The notes below the pieces were generated by a model. The model saw nothing but the letters and a program-made list of their open reading frames with translations, was not told the origin of the DNA and made no database searches. Below are positions 8,104-14,877 of a stretch of DNA of 58,910 bases, piece after piece. Each line of letters starts with the position of its first letter. Position 1 is the first letter of the stretch. The position numbers and the translations under genes are program-made. Source of the DNA: a virus; IMG/VR virus record IMGVR_UViG_3300017694_000001, positions 1-58,910 of that record. The stretch is one strand, 5' to 3'.

Positions 8104-8249
8104 ATCGTGAACTGCTTGCCGCAGTCTTTACAGGTATGGGTGTAGAAGTACCACGGCTCGCCGCCATTATTGCTTTGCGAGTAGTCGTGCACGTCAAAAA
8201 ATCGGGCGCTAAACCAGCAAGTAAAGCGCGAAAAGAGACCGAATATCAT
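8100..8249 (-). CDS. Small protein (49 aa, below track cutoff), possible Cys-containing knuckle
   Basis: Hand translation: MIFGLFSRFTCWFSARFFDVHDYSQSNNGGEPWYFYTHTCKDCGKQFTI. Its TGA overlaps the ATG of the phosphatase gene (ATGA). Confidence 0.35.
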   Translation of the reverse strand: MIFGLFSRFTCWFSARFFDVHDYSQSNNGGEPWYFYTHTCKDCGKQFTI

Positions 8250-8283
8250 GCATCTAATTTACATATAAATACGTATAAATCAA

Positions 8284-8709
8284 ATGTTTGACTACATAAT
8301 TTGCGCTTTTTTTTGGCCCGCTCTACTGTTCTTTCTGGCCTACCCCCAGGGCGTGCTAATGCCCGCCGTGCGGCGCACGCCACCCGGCCCCGAGGCCACT
8401 AGCCAGGCCCGTGCCCTGCACCTCGGCCTCGTGCTGGCCTACTTCCTGCCCCTAGTCCTGGTAGCCGTGTTCGCCCGCCCTCACCTGCCCCTGCACGCTG
8501 TAGTGGCCGTGCTCGTGCGGCTGGCCGGCTTCGACCCCATCCTCAACCACTACGCCGGAGACGAGTCGTTCCACGTCGGCCAAACGGCCACCACCGACAA
8601 GCTGCTTCGGAAGCTCTCCGCCACCCACCCCGAACGGCTATCCGTCGCCCTGCGCCTAGCTGCTGGTGCCCTGGCAGTAGCCGCAGTAGTAGTGGCGGCC
8701 GGCCGGTAG
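8284..8709 (+). CDS. Polytopic membrane protein
   Basis: 141 aa with at least 4 hydrophobic segments (IICAFFWPALLFFLAY, LGLVLAYFLPLVLVAVFA, AVVAVLVRLAGF, ALAVAAVVVAA). Confidence 0.55.
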   Translation: MFDYIICAFFWPALLFFLAYPQGVLMPAVRRTPPGPEATSQARALHLGLVLAYFLPLVLVAVFARPHLPLHAVVAVLVRLAGFDPILNHYAGDESFHVGQTATTDKLLRKLSATHPERLSVALRLAAGALAVAAVVVAAGR

Positions 8710-8738
8710 CGCGCTTTTCTCACTAACCCCTTACCTGT

Positions 8739-9179
8739 ATGGCAACCTTCCCAAGTCCTGTTTTCGCCGATAGAAGCGAAGTGATGAACCCAAATTTCAC
8801 GAAGCACTACCTGCCGGACGGGCGCGTAATGCACCACTTTCGCGGCGCGCACGACGTAGATTTCCACGACCACCCGTTTGCCTTCGTGAGCACCATCGGC
8901 CCGGCCGGGGGCTATACCGAAGAAATCCTGGTCGAGCAGCCGGGTGGCTGGGCTATCGAAACCCACCACCGGGCACCGGGGCAAACCTTCACCGTAGAGG
9001 CCGGCACCAAGCACCGGCTAGTGGGCCTCGACCGGGGCGAGTGCTGGACTGTCATACAGGCCAGCGAGAAGGTGCAGGAGCCGGCTTTTTACTGCCTCGA
9101 CCAGCAGGGCCGCCTGCAACAGCGCTTTTGGTTTGAGCCGGCCGATGCCTGGCAACCCTATCCGCGCCAAGCTGCGTAA
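8739..9179 (+). CDS. Hypothetical protein, possible cupin fold
   Basis: 146 aa. FHDHPFAF..G and ..GTKHRL.. resemble cupin motifs 1 and 2. Weak, by eye only. Confidence 0.45.
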   Translation: MATFPSPVFADRSEVMNPNFTKHYLPDGRVMHHFRGAHDVDFHDHPFAFVSTIGPAGGYTEEILVEQPGGWAIETHHRAPGQTFTVEAGTKHRLVGLDRGECWTVIQASEKVQEPAFYCLDQQGRLQQRFWFEPADAWQPYPRQAA

Positions 9180-9188
9180 CTTGCTGGC

Positions 9189-9428
9189 ATGGCTACTAAA
9201 TACCGCATCGTAGAACAGGGACGCGCAGTGTACATTGAGTGCAAGACCTGGCTATTCTGGCAGCGCGAAACTGAAACGCATCACGCCTCCAGCGCCTTTG
9301 GCAGCCCTTACACGATTAGTAAAAACTACCGCACCGTAGAGGCCGCAAGGCAAGAAATTGACCGCCGCTTAGCCCACGAGGCCAGATGGTCGCCCCGCAC
9401 AACGGCCTACCCACCGGCAGCCGGATAA
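9189..9428 (+). CDS. Hypothetical protein
   Basis: 79-aa track ORF with ATG start, same-strand cluster. Confidence 0.5.
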   Translation: MATKYRIVEQGRAVYIECKTWLFWQRETETHHASSAFGSPYTISKNYRTVEAARQEIDRRLAHEARWSPRTTAYPPAAG

Positions 9429-9487
9429 GCCATAAAAATAACGTATATATATGACACACAAATGCTTATCTATACGTATATTGCAGC

Positions 9488-9838
9488 ATGGAAACCACTC
9501 TTGCCCCCGACCGCACGCCCGCTTACGAGCATCCCCGCCCCAAAGAAAATTGGTGGGAAATCAAGCAAGACTTAATTGATGTGGAGTTGCCCGATTCTGC
9601 CACCCAGGAGCAGCGGCTAGCGCAGTTATTCCAAGTAGAGCACCGCATCAACCTGTGCGCTAATATCAGCATTGGTAACTTCTCGCACGCAGAAGAATGT
9701 CGGATTGAGGAACCTCGCCGCCACGAGCAGCGCGCCCGTTTGCGCGCCAAGGTTGGGCTACCCGCTGATACGTTCGAGCCTTACATTAACGAGCGCAGCC
9801 GCCGAGGCGTGGGTACAATCCTGCCCTGCAACTGTTAG
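9488..9838 (+). CDS. Hypothetical protein
   Basis: 116-aa track ORF. Preceded by an A/T-rich region containing the TATACGTATA palindrome and followed by a terminator. Confidence 0.55.
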   Translation: METTLAPDRTPAYEHPRPKENWWEIKQDLIDVELPDSATQEQRLAQLFQVEHRINLCANISIGNFSHAEECRIEEPRRHEQRARLRAKVGLPADTFEPYINERSRRGVGTILPCNC

Positions 9839-9881
9839 CGACTTGGCAGCCGGATAAGCCAGTAAATCGGAGACCTACGAG

Positions 9882-9916
9882 AGCCCCGCGCCCACTGAGG
9901 CCGGGGCTTCTTTATT
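9882..9916 (+). terminator. Rho-independent terminator
   Basis: AGCCCCG (9882..9888) pairs with CGGGGCT (9902..9908), followed by TTCTTTATT. Confidence 0.6.
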
Positions 9917-10058
9917 CCCGTGGGGAGACATACGGTCGATGTTCTATCCAGCCGTGGGTATCAGCGCAGTGGAAGGCAAAACCCAAGGCGACCAAGATGA
10001 TAATCGCTACCAGCCAGGCTTGCCAGGGCCAGGAAAAGAAGGAGTACCGGCGCATGGA

Positions 10059-10307
10059 CTATCCTTTAAAGCGGCGGTCGGGCAGGGCGCGCTCAGCCGC
10101 CTCCTGATAGCTAGCAAACCGCTCAGGCATGTCAATCCCCAGGTCTGCGCAGTGCAAGAAAACAGCCCGCCGTTCCAGATACTCTTCTTTCCGGGCAATT
10201 CGGGTAATGCCGCCAATATCAGACTTCCATACCCAAAACAGGCGCGACTCTTTAATTAGCTCGCAATTGCTGACATACAGATAGAGTTGAAATTCTGTCG
10301 TTTTCAT
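10059..10307 (-). CDS. Hypothetical protein, downstream partner of the HicB-like gene
   Basis: 82 aa. Its ATG overlaps the stop of the upstream gene (ATGA at 10304..10307). No family recognised. Confidence 0.5.
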   Translation of the reverse strand: MKTTEFQLYLYVSNCELIKESRLFWVWKSDIGGITRIARKEEYLERRAVFLHCADLGIDMPERFASYQEAAERALPDRRFKG

Positions 10308-10585
10308 TCAGCAATAGGGGCTTCTATTACTTGGCGCTTAAGCGAAAAGTCTATCTGCTCATCTGTATTATACTCCGCATCAATCTGCGCCCGGAGCAGA
10401 TTAAGCGCCTCTTCGTGCTTAAACTCCACCAAGAATTTTGCGCCCTCTACTAAATCGCGATAAACGGCATCTTCGCTATTGCCCTGTACCACAACCCCAC
10501 GCATCTCTTTGATGCAGCCAACGAGCACGCCGGGCGTATCGCCTTTGAAAATAAGGCCGGTTAGTTTTAAAATGGGCTCAGTCAT
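10304..10585 (-). CDS. HicB-like / UPF0150-family (antitoxin-fold) protein
   Basis: 93 aa. ..LTGLIFKGDTPGVLVGCIKEMRGVVVQGNSEDAVYRDLVEGAKFLVEF.. matches the beta-beta-beta-alpha pattern of HicB N-terminal domains (..G.y.a..pdlpG....G.t.eEa..n..eA..l.le). Confidence 0.5.
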   Translation of the reverse strand: MTEPILKLTGLIFKGDTPGVLVGCIKEMRGVVVQGNSEDAVYRDLVEGAKFLVEFKHEEALNLLRAQIDAEYNTDEQIDFSLKRQVIEAPIAE

Positions 10586-10659
10586 GGCGCGGGCAGGTTG
10601 GGGATGCGAGTATAGCCACTAAACGCCAATCCGGCCCGACTTGTTGAACGCCACCCAGC

Positions 10660-10692
10660 AAAAAGCCCCGCACCTGATAAGGGCGCGGGGCT
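10660..10692 (-). terminator. Rho-independent terminator of the 10814..11155 gene
   Basis: AGCCCCGC (10664..10671) pairs with GCGGGGCT (10685..10692). On the minus strand the hairpin is followed by TTTTT. Confidence 0.7.
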
Positions 10693-10813
10693 TACAAATT
10701 TGAATGAGGTGGCCTTGGCTTCGTTAAAAGTAACGTTTGCAACCGTCGCCGCCTCATTCAGCTTGTTTGCCCTCCCCCGGTTGGAGTGGGCGAATTTATT
10801 GATTTTGAACCTA

Positions 10814-11155
10814 CTAATGGTTCGACCATCTTAAAAAGGTGCCATCCTGATTAAACAAGGCTGCGCTATTATCCAAACCGATAATAGGTCCGTCCTTTTC
10901 ATCGGCAGCATAAACTTCATAAGGCAGCCCTTCTGCTGCAAAGAAGGCCACCATTCGAGTAAATGCAGTGCTATCGGCTGGGGTGGCTTCGGCGCGAGCG
11001 CCTTCTACATAGCCATCGGCGTAAGCTACTTTTTCTTTTTCAGAAAAAGGGGCAAATCCACCTTTCGCCAGTTGCTCATTCACGGCAACGCTAGCGGCTC
11101 GGGCGCGTTCCCGAATTGGGTTGATATTCAGCGCAGGGGGTGAATCAGTAGTCAT
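10814..11155 (-). CDS. Hypothetical protein
   Basis: 113-aa track ORF with ATG start and its own terminator. Confidence 0.55.
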   Translation of the reverse strand: MTTDSPPALNINPIRERARAASVAVNEQLAKGGFAPFSEKEKVAYADGYVEGARAEATPADSTAFTRMVAFFAAEGLPYEVYAADEKDGPIIGLDNSAALFNQDGTFLRWSNH

Positions 11156-11279
11156 AAATCAGTGAAAGGCATTTGGCGGGCCAGTTTCCCAGCCCTTTAT
11201 GTCTAGAATTTTATCTCGATAAACGAGGCCAAATCTCGGTGCCACTCCCCCAGTTAGAGCGGGCGATGAGCAAAGCGAC

Positions 11280-11388
11280 TGCCGGGGGCGGGATTCGAAC
11301 CCACGACCTCTTGCCTTCCATCGGGTGCCGAAACAGTGACCGAGGCTCGCTACTAGCAAGCGGCTCTAACCAGCTGAGCTACCCCGAA
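11280..11388 (-). tRNA. tRNA-like element (109 nt, Thr-like anticodon loop CUAGUAG) with a ~40-nt insertion. Probable attP core / tRNA 3' half.
   Basis: Reverse complement reads UUCGGGG-UA-GCUC-AGCUGGUUA-GAGC-C-GCUUG-CUAGUAG-CGAGC-[40 nt]-GUGGG-UUCGAAU-CCCGC-CCCCGGC-A. D and T arms are canonical. Acceptor pair 1:72 is mismatched. No CCA is encoded. Lies next to int. Confidence 0.45.
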
Positions 11389-11542
11389 CAGTCGCTTTTA
11401 TCGGTGCCCTTCTTCTCTTTTAGAGGAAGGGGCAAAAGCAGTGCTAAACGTGATTGCAACGTTGACCTCCCCGGCCATACTGCCCGGCAATGCCGTCAGG
11501 TAGGGGGCGCTCTCTCATAGCTGAGCTATAGCACTAAAAATG

Positions 11543-11646
11543 TGAGTGAGGGGTCCGGCTTCCTACCGACACAACCCGCTGCCACCTTCGCGGAGTGAAC
11601 AGCCGGCGTGGCTCGGGCCTTCGCTCAGGCGCGCTTCCCTCACTCA
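11543..11646. ncRNA. Candidate structured RNA/DNA element (three nested helices), strand unresolved
   Basis: TGAGTGAGGG (11543..11552) pairs with CCCTCACTCA (11637..11646). This encloses CCGGCT (11555..11560)/AGCCGG (11601..11606), which encloses CCGC (11576..11579)/GCGG (11590..11593). Located in an ORF-poor region. Confidence 0.3.
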
Positions 11647-12030
11647 ACTCGTCTCCGCTTCCCTTCTATTAAGGGGAGTGGTCAATATTGTGAGAACAGG
11701 TGCTTTCTGAGTTGTCAACCTCACTGGCATCTACGCATGGCCATAAGTTGCTTTGTGCTTGACGGGCACCTCGACAACCAACCCACACTTTAAAGAGCAA
11801 AAGCGTTATCGGGTAATTACTCCTAGACGCCTTCGCCCTGTGATTAGCACCGCGCCACGGGAGCGCTTAGAGCTGTTCTCTTTTGCGAATTTACGAAGGA
11901 AACACCAATATGTTACTATCTAGCCATAAAATATTTATCGTACTTTACGCCACCGCCTCCCCTGTCGGCACCACCACGGCTAAAGAGAAGTAGTAGGCGA
12001 GTGTCGTATAAGGGAAGTCGTAGTAGTCGC

Positions 12031-12219
12031 TCATAGCTCAAGCGGAAATGTCTTTGGCAGCTCACTCGTCAGCCAGTGCGGCATCCGCTCGCAGCCTTCC
12101 GCTAGCTGGAGCCACTGCGTTAAAATGGCGTGAGCTTCTTTGCGGCGGCCGGGCCAGGCGGCGGGGTTGGCGGCTAGTAGCAGGTCGGCGAAGGTTTCAG
12201 GGGGTGGCGTGTTTTGCAT
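12031..12219 (-). CDS. Small hypothetical protein downstream of int (62 aa)
   Basis: Internal ATG (12219) of track ORF 12031..12429, beginning 8 nt after the int stop. The upstream part of the track ORF overlaps int and was discarded. Confidence 0.35.
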   Translation of the reverse strand: MQNTPPPETFADLLLAANPAAWPGRRKEAHAILTQWLQLAEGCERMPHWLTSELPKTFPLEL

Positions 12220-12227
12220 GGTGGGGG

Positions 12228-13478
12228 CTAACCGTAGGCGTTTGCTGCGCCTGCGTCCAGTTCTGAGGTGTCGAGGCCGGCGATGTAAAGCGCCGTTGTG
12301 CTGATATTCTTGTGCCCCAAAAGTTGCTGAGGTACGCGTAAGTCCTTGTCGTTTTTTAGATAGGACTGTAGCGCCAGGGTATGCCGGGCTAAGTGCGATT
12401 TCAGGCGGGGCCAGCCCAGCTTCGCGCAAATGCCCTTTAGGGCCATGCCCACGCTATTTTCTGTTTTTCGCAGAATCTTGTGGCGCTGGTCGTCGTCAAC
12501 CAAAAGGTAGTTGGCGGGTAGAAACGGTAATACAAAAGTGCTGCTGTGCCCTTCGCGCCGGGTTAGTATTTCGCGTATTTCTGGCCTTAGTGCCATATCC
12601 ATTGCAACCGGATACTTGTGCGTAGTAAAGCGCACCCGGCCTTGCTCATAGTCTATGTGTGCCCACCGCAATTCCAGGATTACCCCGATTCTGGAGCCAT
12701 GCAGGTAGTATTGCAGCAGAAAGGCATCGCGGGCGGCCGCTTGCACCCGCGGCAAGCGCAGCGCGAGCAACTGCGCTTGCCAGTCGGCGGGCAATACCGT
12801 GCTTTTCGTGGGCGCAGGCGTGCCAAGCAGTCGCGTGAGCTTGGAAAATACCAGCGGGTGGTTTGGCGCGGCGGCGGCGAGCAACCCGGCAAAGACGCCT
12901 ACGTGGTGGCGCTTTGAGCTAACCGCCCCCTTTTGCTGGCCCGCCCACTGCACGAGCGAAGTCGCTACCTCGCGGGTAAGCTCAGGCAGTGTAAGCGTGT
13001 CGAGAAGAGGCCATTTACTAAAAAAGCTCAGCATAGCGTGGGCATTTTGACGGGACGAGGCTTTTGAACTGTACAGGGGGATGGCGGCGCGCAATAAATC
13101 AAGCAGCCGTTGCGGGGCAGGGACTGGTTCTTTCTTCTTAGGTCGTAGTGCCAGGGCAACATCAGCTGGCATGACAGGCGGCAAGCCGGGGTCTTCATCG
13201 CAAGCATCTTGCAGGCGGTCGGCTTTTAGCTCTGCCTTGCCTTGCAGTTTTTTGAGCTTCTTGTTATAGGCGCGTGAGGCCTCGTCATTGCCCCGCAATC
13301 GGCCCTTCGCGGCGTTCCATTCGTCCGGCCGGCAGCGGATACCCGTGGCGTATTCTGACCGGGTATCGGTATCGAGAAAGATGCGCAGGTACACCGGGGC
13401 CGTGCCAGCCTTGTTGAGCTTCGACTTGCGAAGCCACAGCAAGAATTGCATAGGCGAATCCGTGTAGGTGCGACCCAT
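12228..13478 (-). CDS. int: Tyrosine recombinase / phage integrase (Bacteroidota type)
   Basis: N-terminal arm-binding-like segment (FLLWLRKSKLNKAGTAPVYLRIFLDT..EYATGIRCRPDEWN). C-terminus has ..HLARHT..LLGHKNISTTALYIAG.. (R..H-x-x-R..H..Y catalytic pattern). The track ORF starts at TTG 13523; ATG 13478 or 13451 is more likely. Confidence 0.9.
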   Translation of the reverse strand: MGRTYTDSPMQFLLWLRKSKLNKAGTAPVYLRIFLDTDTRSEYATGIRCRPDEWNAAKGRLRGNDEASRAYNKKLKKLQGKAELKADRLQDACDEDPGLPPVMPADVALALRPKKKEPVPAPQRLLDLLRAAIPLYSSKASSRQNAHAMLSFFSKWPLLDTLTLPELTREVATSLVQWAGQQKGAVSSKRHHVGVFAGLLAAAAPNHPLVFSKLTRLLGTPAPTKSTVLPADWQAQLLALRLPRVQAAARDAFLLQYYLHGSRIGVILELRWAHIDYEQGRVRFTTHKYPVAMDMALRPEIREILTRREGHSSTFVLPFLPANYLLVDDDQRHKILRKTENSVGMALKGICAKLGWPRLKSHLARHTLALQSYLKNDKDLRVPQQLLGHKNISTTALYIAGLDTSELDAGAANAYG

Positions 13479-13876
13479 AGAGTAAGAGAGTAGCTTGATA
13501 CTCGTCTTTCTATGATGCCGCAAGGTGGCGTTTTCTTATATGAAGTTGCTATGAATAGTATAGATCGGCAGCAAAATATTGCTATTGACGGCCTTATTTT
13601 TTAGCCCGTCCAGTTCCTAAAATGGGACGGCTTCTGGTGCCCAAAAAGGGGGTATCCTGACAGGTACCCTGGCATACCGCCATGCGCGTTGATAAAAAAG
13701 GGCGCTACCGTGCCAACAGGGCGTTTTTGTGATTGCCGCCAGCCTGCTATGCTAGAAATATGGGATTACCTTCGGTATTCCAAATTCCCGCAAATATTAG
13801 GCTGGCAGCAACGCAGGCCGGGTTTCGGCGGGACACCTTTTTACTAGGTATCCTAGCCGGGCACCTGGCCCGTGTT

Positions 13877-14449
13877 TTACAACGGTCGAGCAGCCCCGTT
13901 CATCTTCACCCGGCGCGATACCGATAAGGCAAAGCCAATCGGGTTGCGCGGAGTGGGAGTAGGTTCGGGGCCGGCTGCATCAAGACCGTTGAAGGGCTTT
14001 CCCAATTCGCGGTTCAATCGGGCTATCTCTACGCGTTGCTGTTCAATCAAGATGTCCTTATCAGCTAAGCGGGCGCGGTTGATGGCTATCTCTACAGTAG
14101 TGCCGTAGTCGCTGGGCACTGCGCTGATTACTGGCACTGCCGCCGCTTCTGGCTTCTCTGTGTCTTTGGAGGTGGCCGGCGTGGTAGGCTCAGATGGAGT
14201 TACGCCGATGGTGCGCCGGCCAGTCAGTAACCAGATAGCATCAAAGTCCCGGTAGGTGTCTGCAAGGGCGGTCATTGTATCGCCGCCCGGCAAAAACTTG
14301 CCCTGTAAGATGTAACTGATTTTTTGCGGGGTCAGGCCCGCCCGGATGGCAAACTGTCGCTGGTTAAGCTCGCCTGAATCCTTGATAAATTGAGCGAGGC
14401 GGGCAGCCACCTCGGGGTACTTAGGGGGCTCTTCGGTTTTCTGTTCCAT
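13877..14449 (-). CDS. CI-like repressor (Phage_CI_repr-type HTH)
   Basis: ..LNQRQFAIRAGLTPQKISYILQGKFLPGGDTMTALADTYRDFDAIWLLTGRR.. matches the HTH..WLLtG signature. ATG at 14449 is preferred over the TTG at 14488. Divergent from the early operon. Confidence 0.8.
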   Translation of the reverse strand: MEQKTEEPPKYPEVAARLAQFIKDSGELNQRQFAIRAGLTPQKISYILQGKFLPGGDTMTALADTYRDFDAIWLLTGRRTIGVTPSEPTTPATSKDTEKPEAAAVPVISAVPSDYGTTVEIAINRARLADKDILIEQQRVEIARLNRELGKPFNGLDAAGPEPTPTPRNPIGFALSVSRRVKMNGAARPL

Positions 14450-14475
14450 AGGGCAAAGATTGGGTATCACATTAC

Positions 14476-14489
14476 TTTGAAATATCAAA
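14476..14489. promoter_or_regulatory. Operator candidate O1 (TTTGAAATATCAAA)
   Basis: TTTGA-N4-TCAAA inverted repeat in the cI/cro intergenic region. On the minus strand it reads TTTGATATTTCAAA. Confidence 0.55.
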
Positions 14490-14498
14490 CTAATGTGC

Positions 14499-14506
14499 TA
14501 TATTTG
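14499..14506 (+). promoter_or_regulatory. Rightward -7 box TATATTTG (Bacteroidota TAnnTTTG consensus)
   Basis: Perfect match to TAnnTTTG, 84 nt upstream of the ATG at 14590. Confidence 0.45.
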
Positions 14507-14528
14507 TCGTAAACATCTAGCGCAACAG

Positions 14529-14542
14529 TTTGATATAGCTGG
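14529..14542. promoter_or_regulatory. Operator candidate O2 (TTTGATATAGCTGG, half-site conserved)
   Basis: Shares TTTGATAT with O1 and O3. The right half is degenerate. Confidence 0.4.
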
Positions 14543-14554
14543 CTATTTGTACGA

Positions 14555-14562
14555 CAAAAGTA
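14555..14562 (-). promoter_or_regulatory. Leftward -7 box TACTTTTG (TAnnTTTG) for the repressor gene
   Basis: Perfect consensus on the minus strand. It lies to the right of the rightward box, so the two promoters face each other. Confidence 0.4.
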
Positions 14563-14570
14563 CACACACG

Positions 14571-14584
14571 TTTGATACTTCAAA
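14571..14584. promoter_or_regulatory. Operator candidate O3 (TTTGATACTTCAAA)
   Basis: TTTGA-N4-TCAAA inverted repeat just upstream of the ATG at 14590. Confidence 0.55.
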
Positions 14585-14589
14585 GCAAT

Positions 14590-14877
14590 ATGATGGAAAA
14601 TCAAAAGAAACGCGGCCCGCGTAGAACGGAAAGAGCGGCCTCTTTTCACGCGAAAGTTGCTGAAATCAAGCACTTACTTCCGCGACAGTACAGCGAGTTA
14701 GCCACGCAAATAATTTCTGGCTTGGATGCCTCATTAGTGAGATATGCTGTTGCAGGGCGTCGGGAGTACTGGGAAGCCCTGCCTGCACTGCGTATTGTGG
14801 CTGGTATCGACCCGCTGCCGAAGGGTATCACGCTAAAGCCGGTGGGCCGCGCCGTCAAGCAGTCTGTGGGCGCATGA
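14590..14877 (+). CDS. First early-operon gene (cro-position protein), function unknown
   Basis: 95 aa from the ATG at 14590 (the track ORF begins at TTG 14572, inside operator O3). Basic N-terminus. ATGA coupling to the methylase gene. Confidence 0.55.
   Translation: MMENQKKRGPRRTERAASFHAKVAEIKHLLPRQYSELATQIISGLDASLVRYAVAGRREYWEALPALRIVAGIDPLPKGITLKPVGRAVKQSVGA

Noticed and set aside
9939-10259. The plus-strand 106-aa ORF.
   Set aside because: It overlaps the minus-strand 82-aa gene, which is translationally coupled (ATGA) to the HicB-like gene. It has a low-complexity composition and no start context.
11280-11388. Reading the tRNA-like element as an amber-suppressor tRNA (anticodon CUA), which would imply TAG recoding.
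   Set aside because: That fold needs a 4-bp stem and a G at position 33. The alternative AGU loop has a 5-bp stem with U33 and A37. All large late genes are intact in the standard code, and TAG is a very frequent genuine stop here.
11159-11520. ORFs 11159..11359 (-) and 11173..11520 (+).
   Set aside because: They run through the tRNA-like element and overlap each other. Their composition is implausible, so the region was treated as non-coding.
12031-12429. The full-length 132-aa minus-strand ORF.
   Set aside because: Its upstream 200 nt overlap the conserved catalytic C-terminus of the integrase in another frame. Only the part after the int stop (12031..12219) was kept, at low confidence.
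13877-14488. TTG/GTG-extended N-termini offered by the ORF track. Cases are repressor 14488, cro-position gene 14572, integrase 13523, clamp 24567, protease 42189, terS 37321, and 55150.
   Set aside because: The extensions run into operators, promoters or late-leader motifs and add non-conserved residues. Downstream ATG/GTG starts fit the recurring start contexts.
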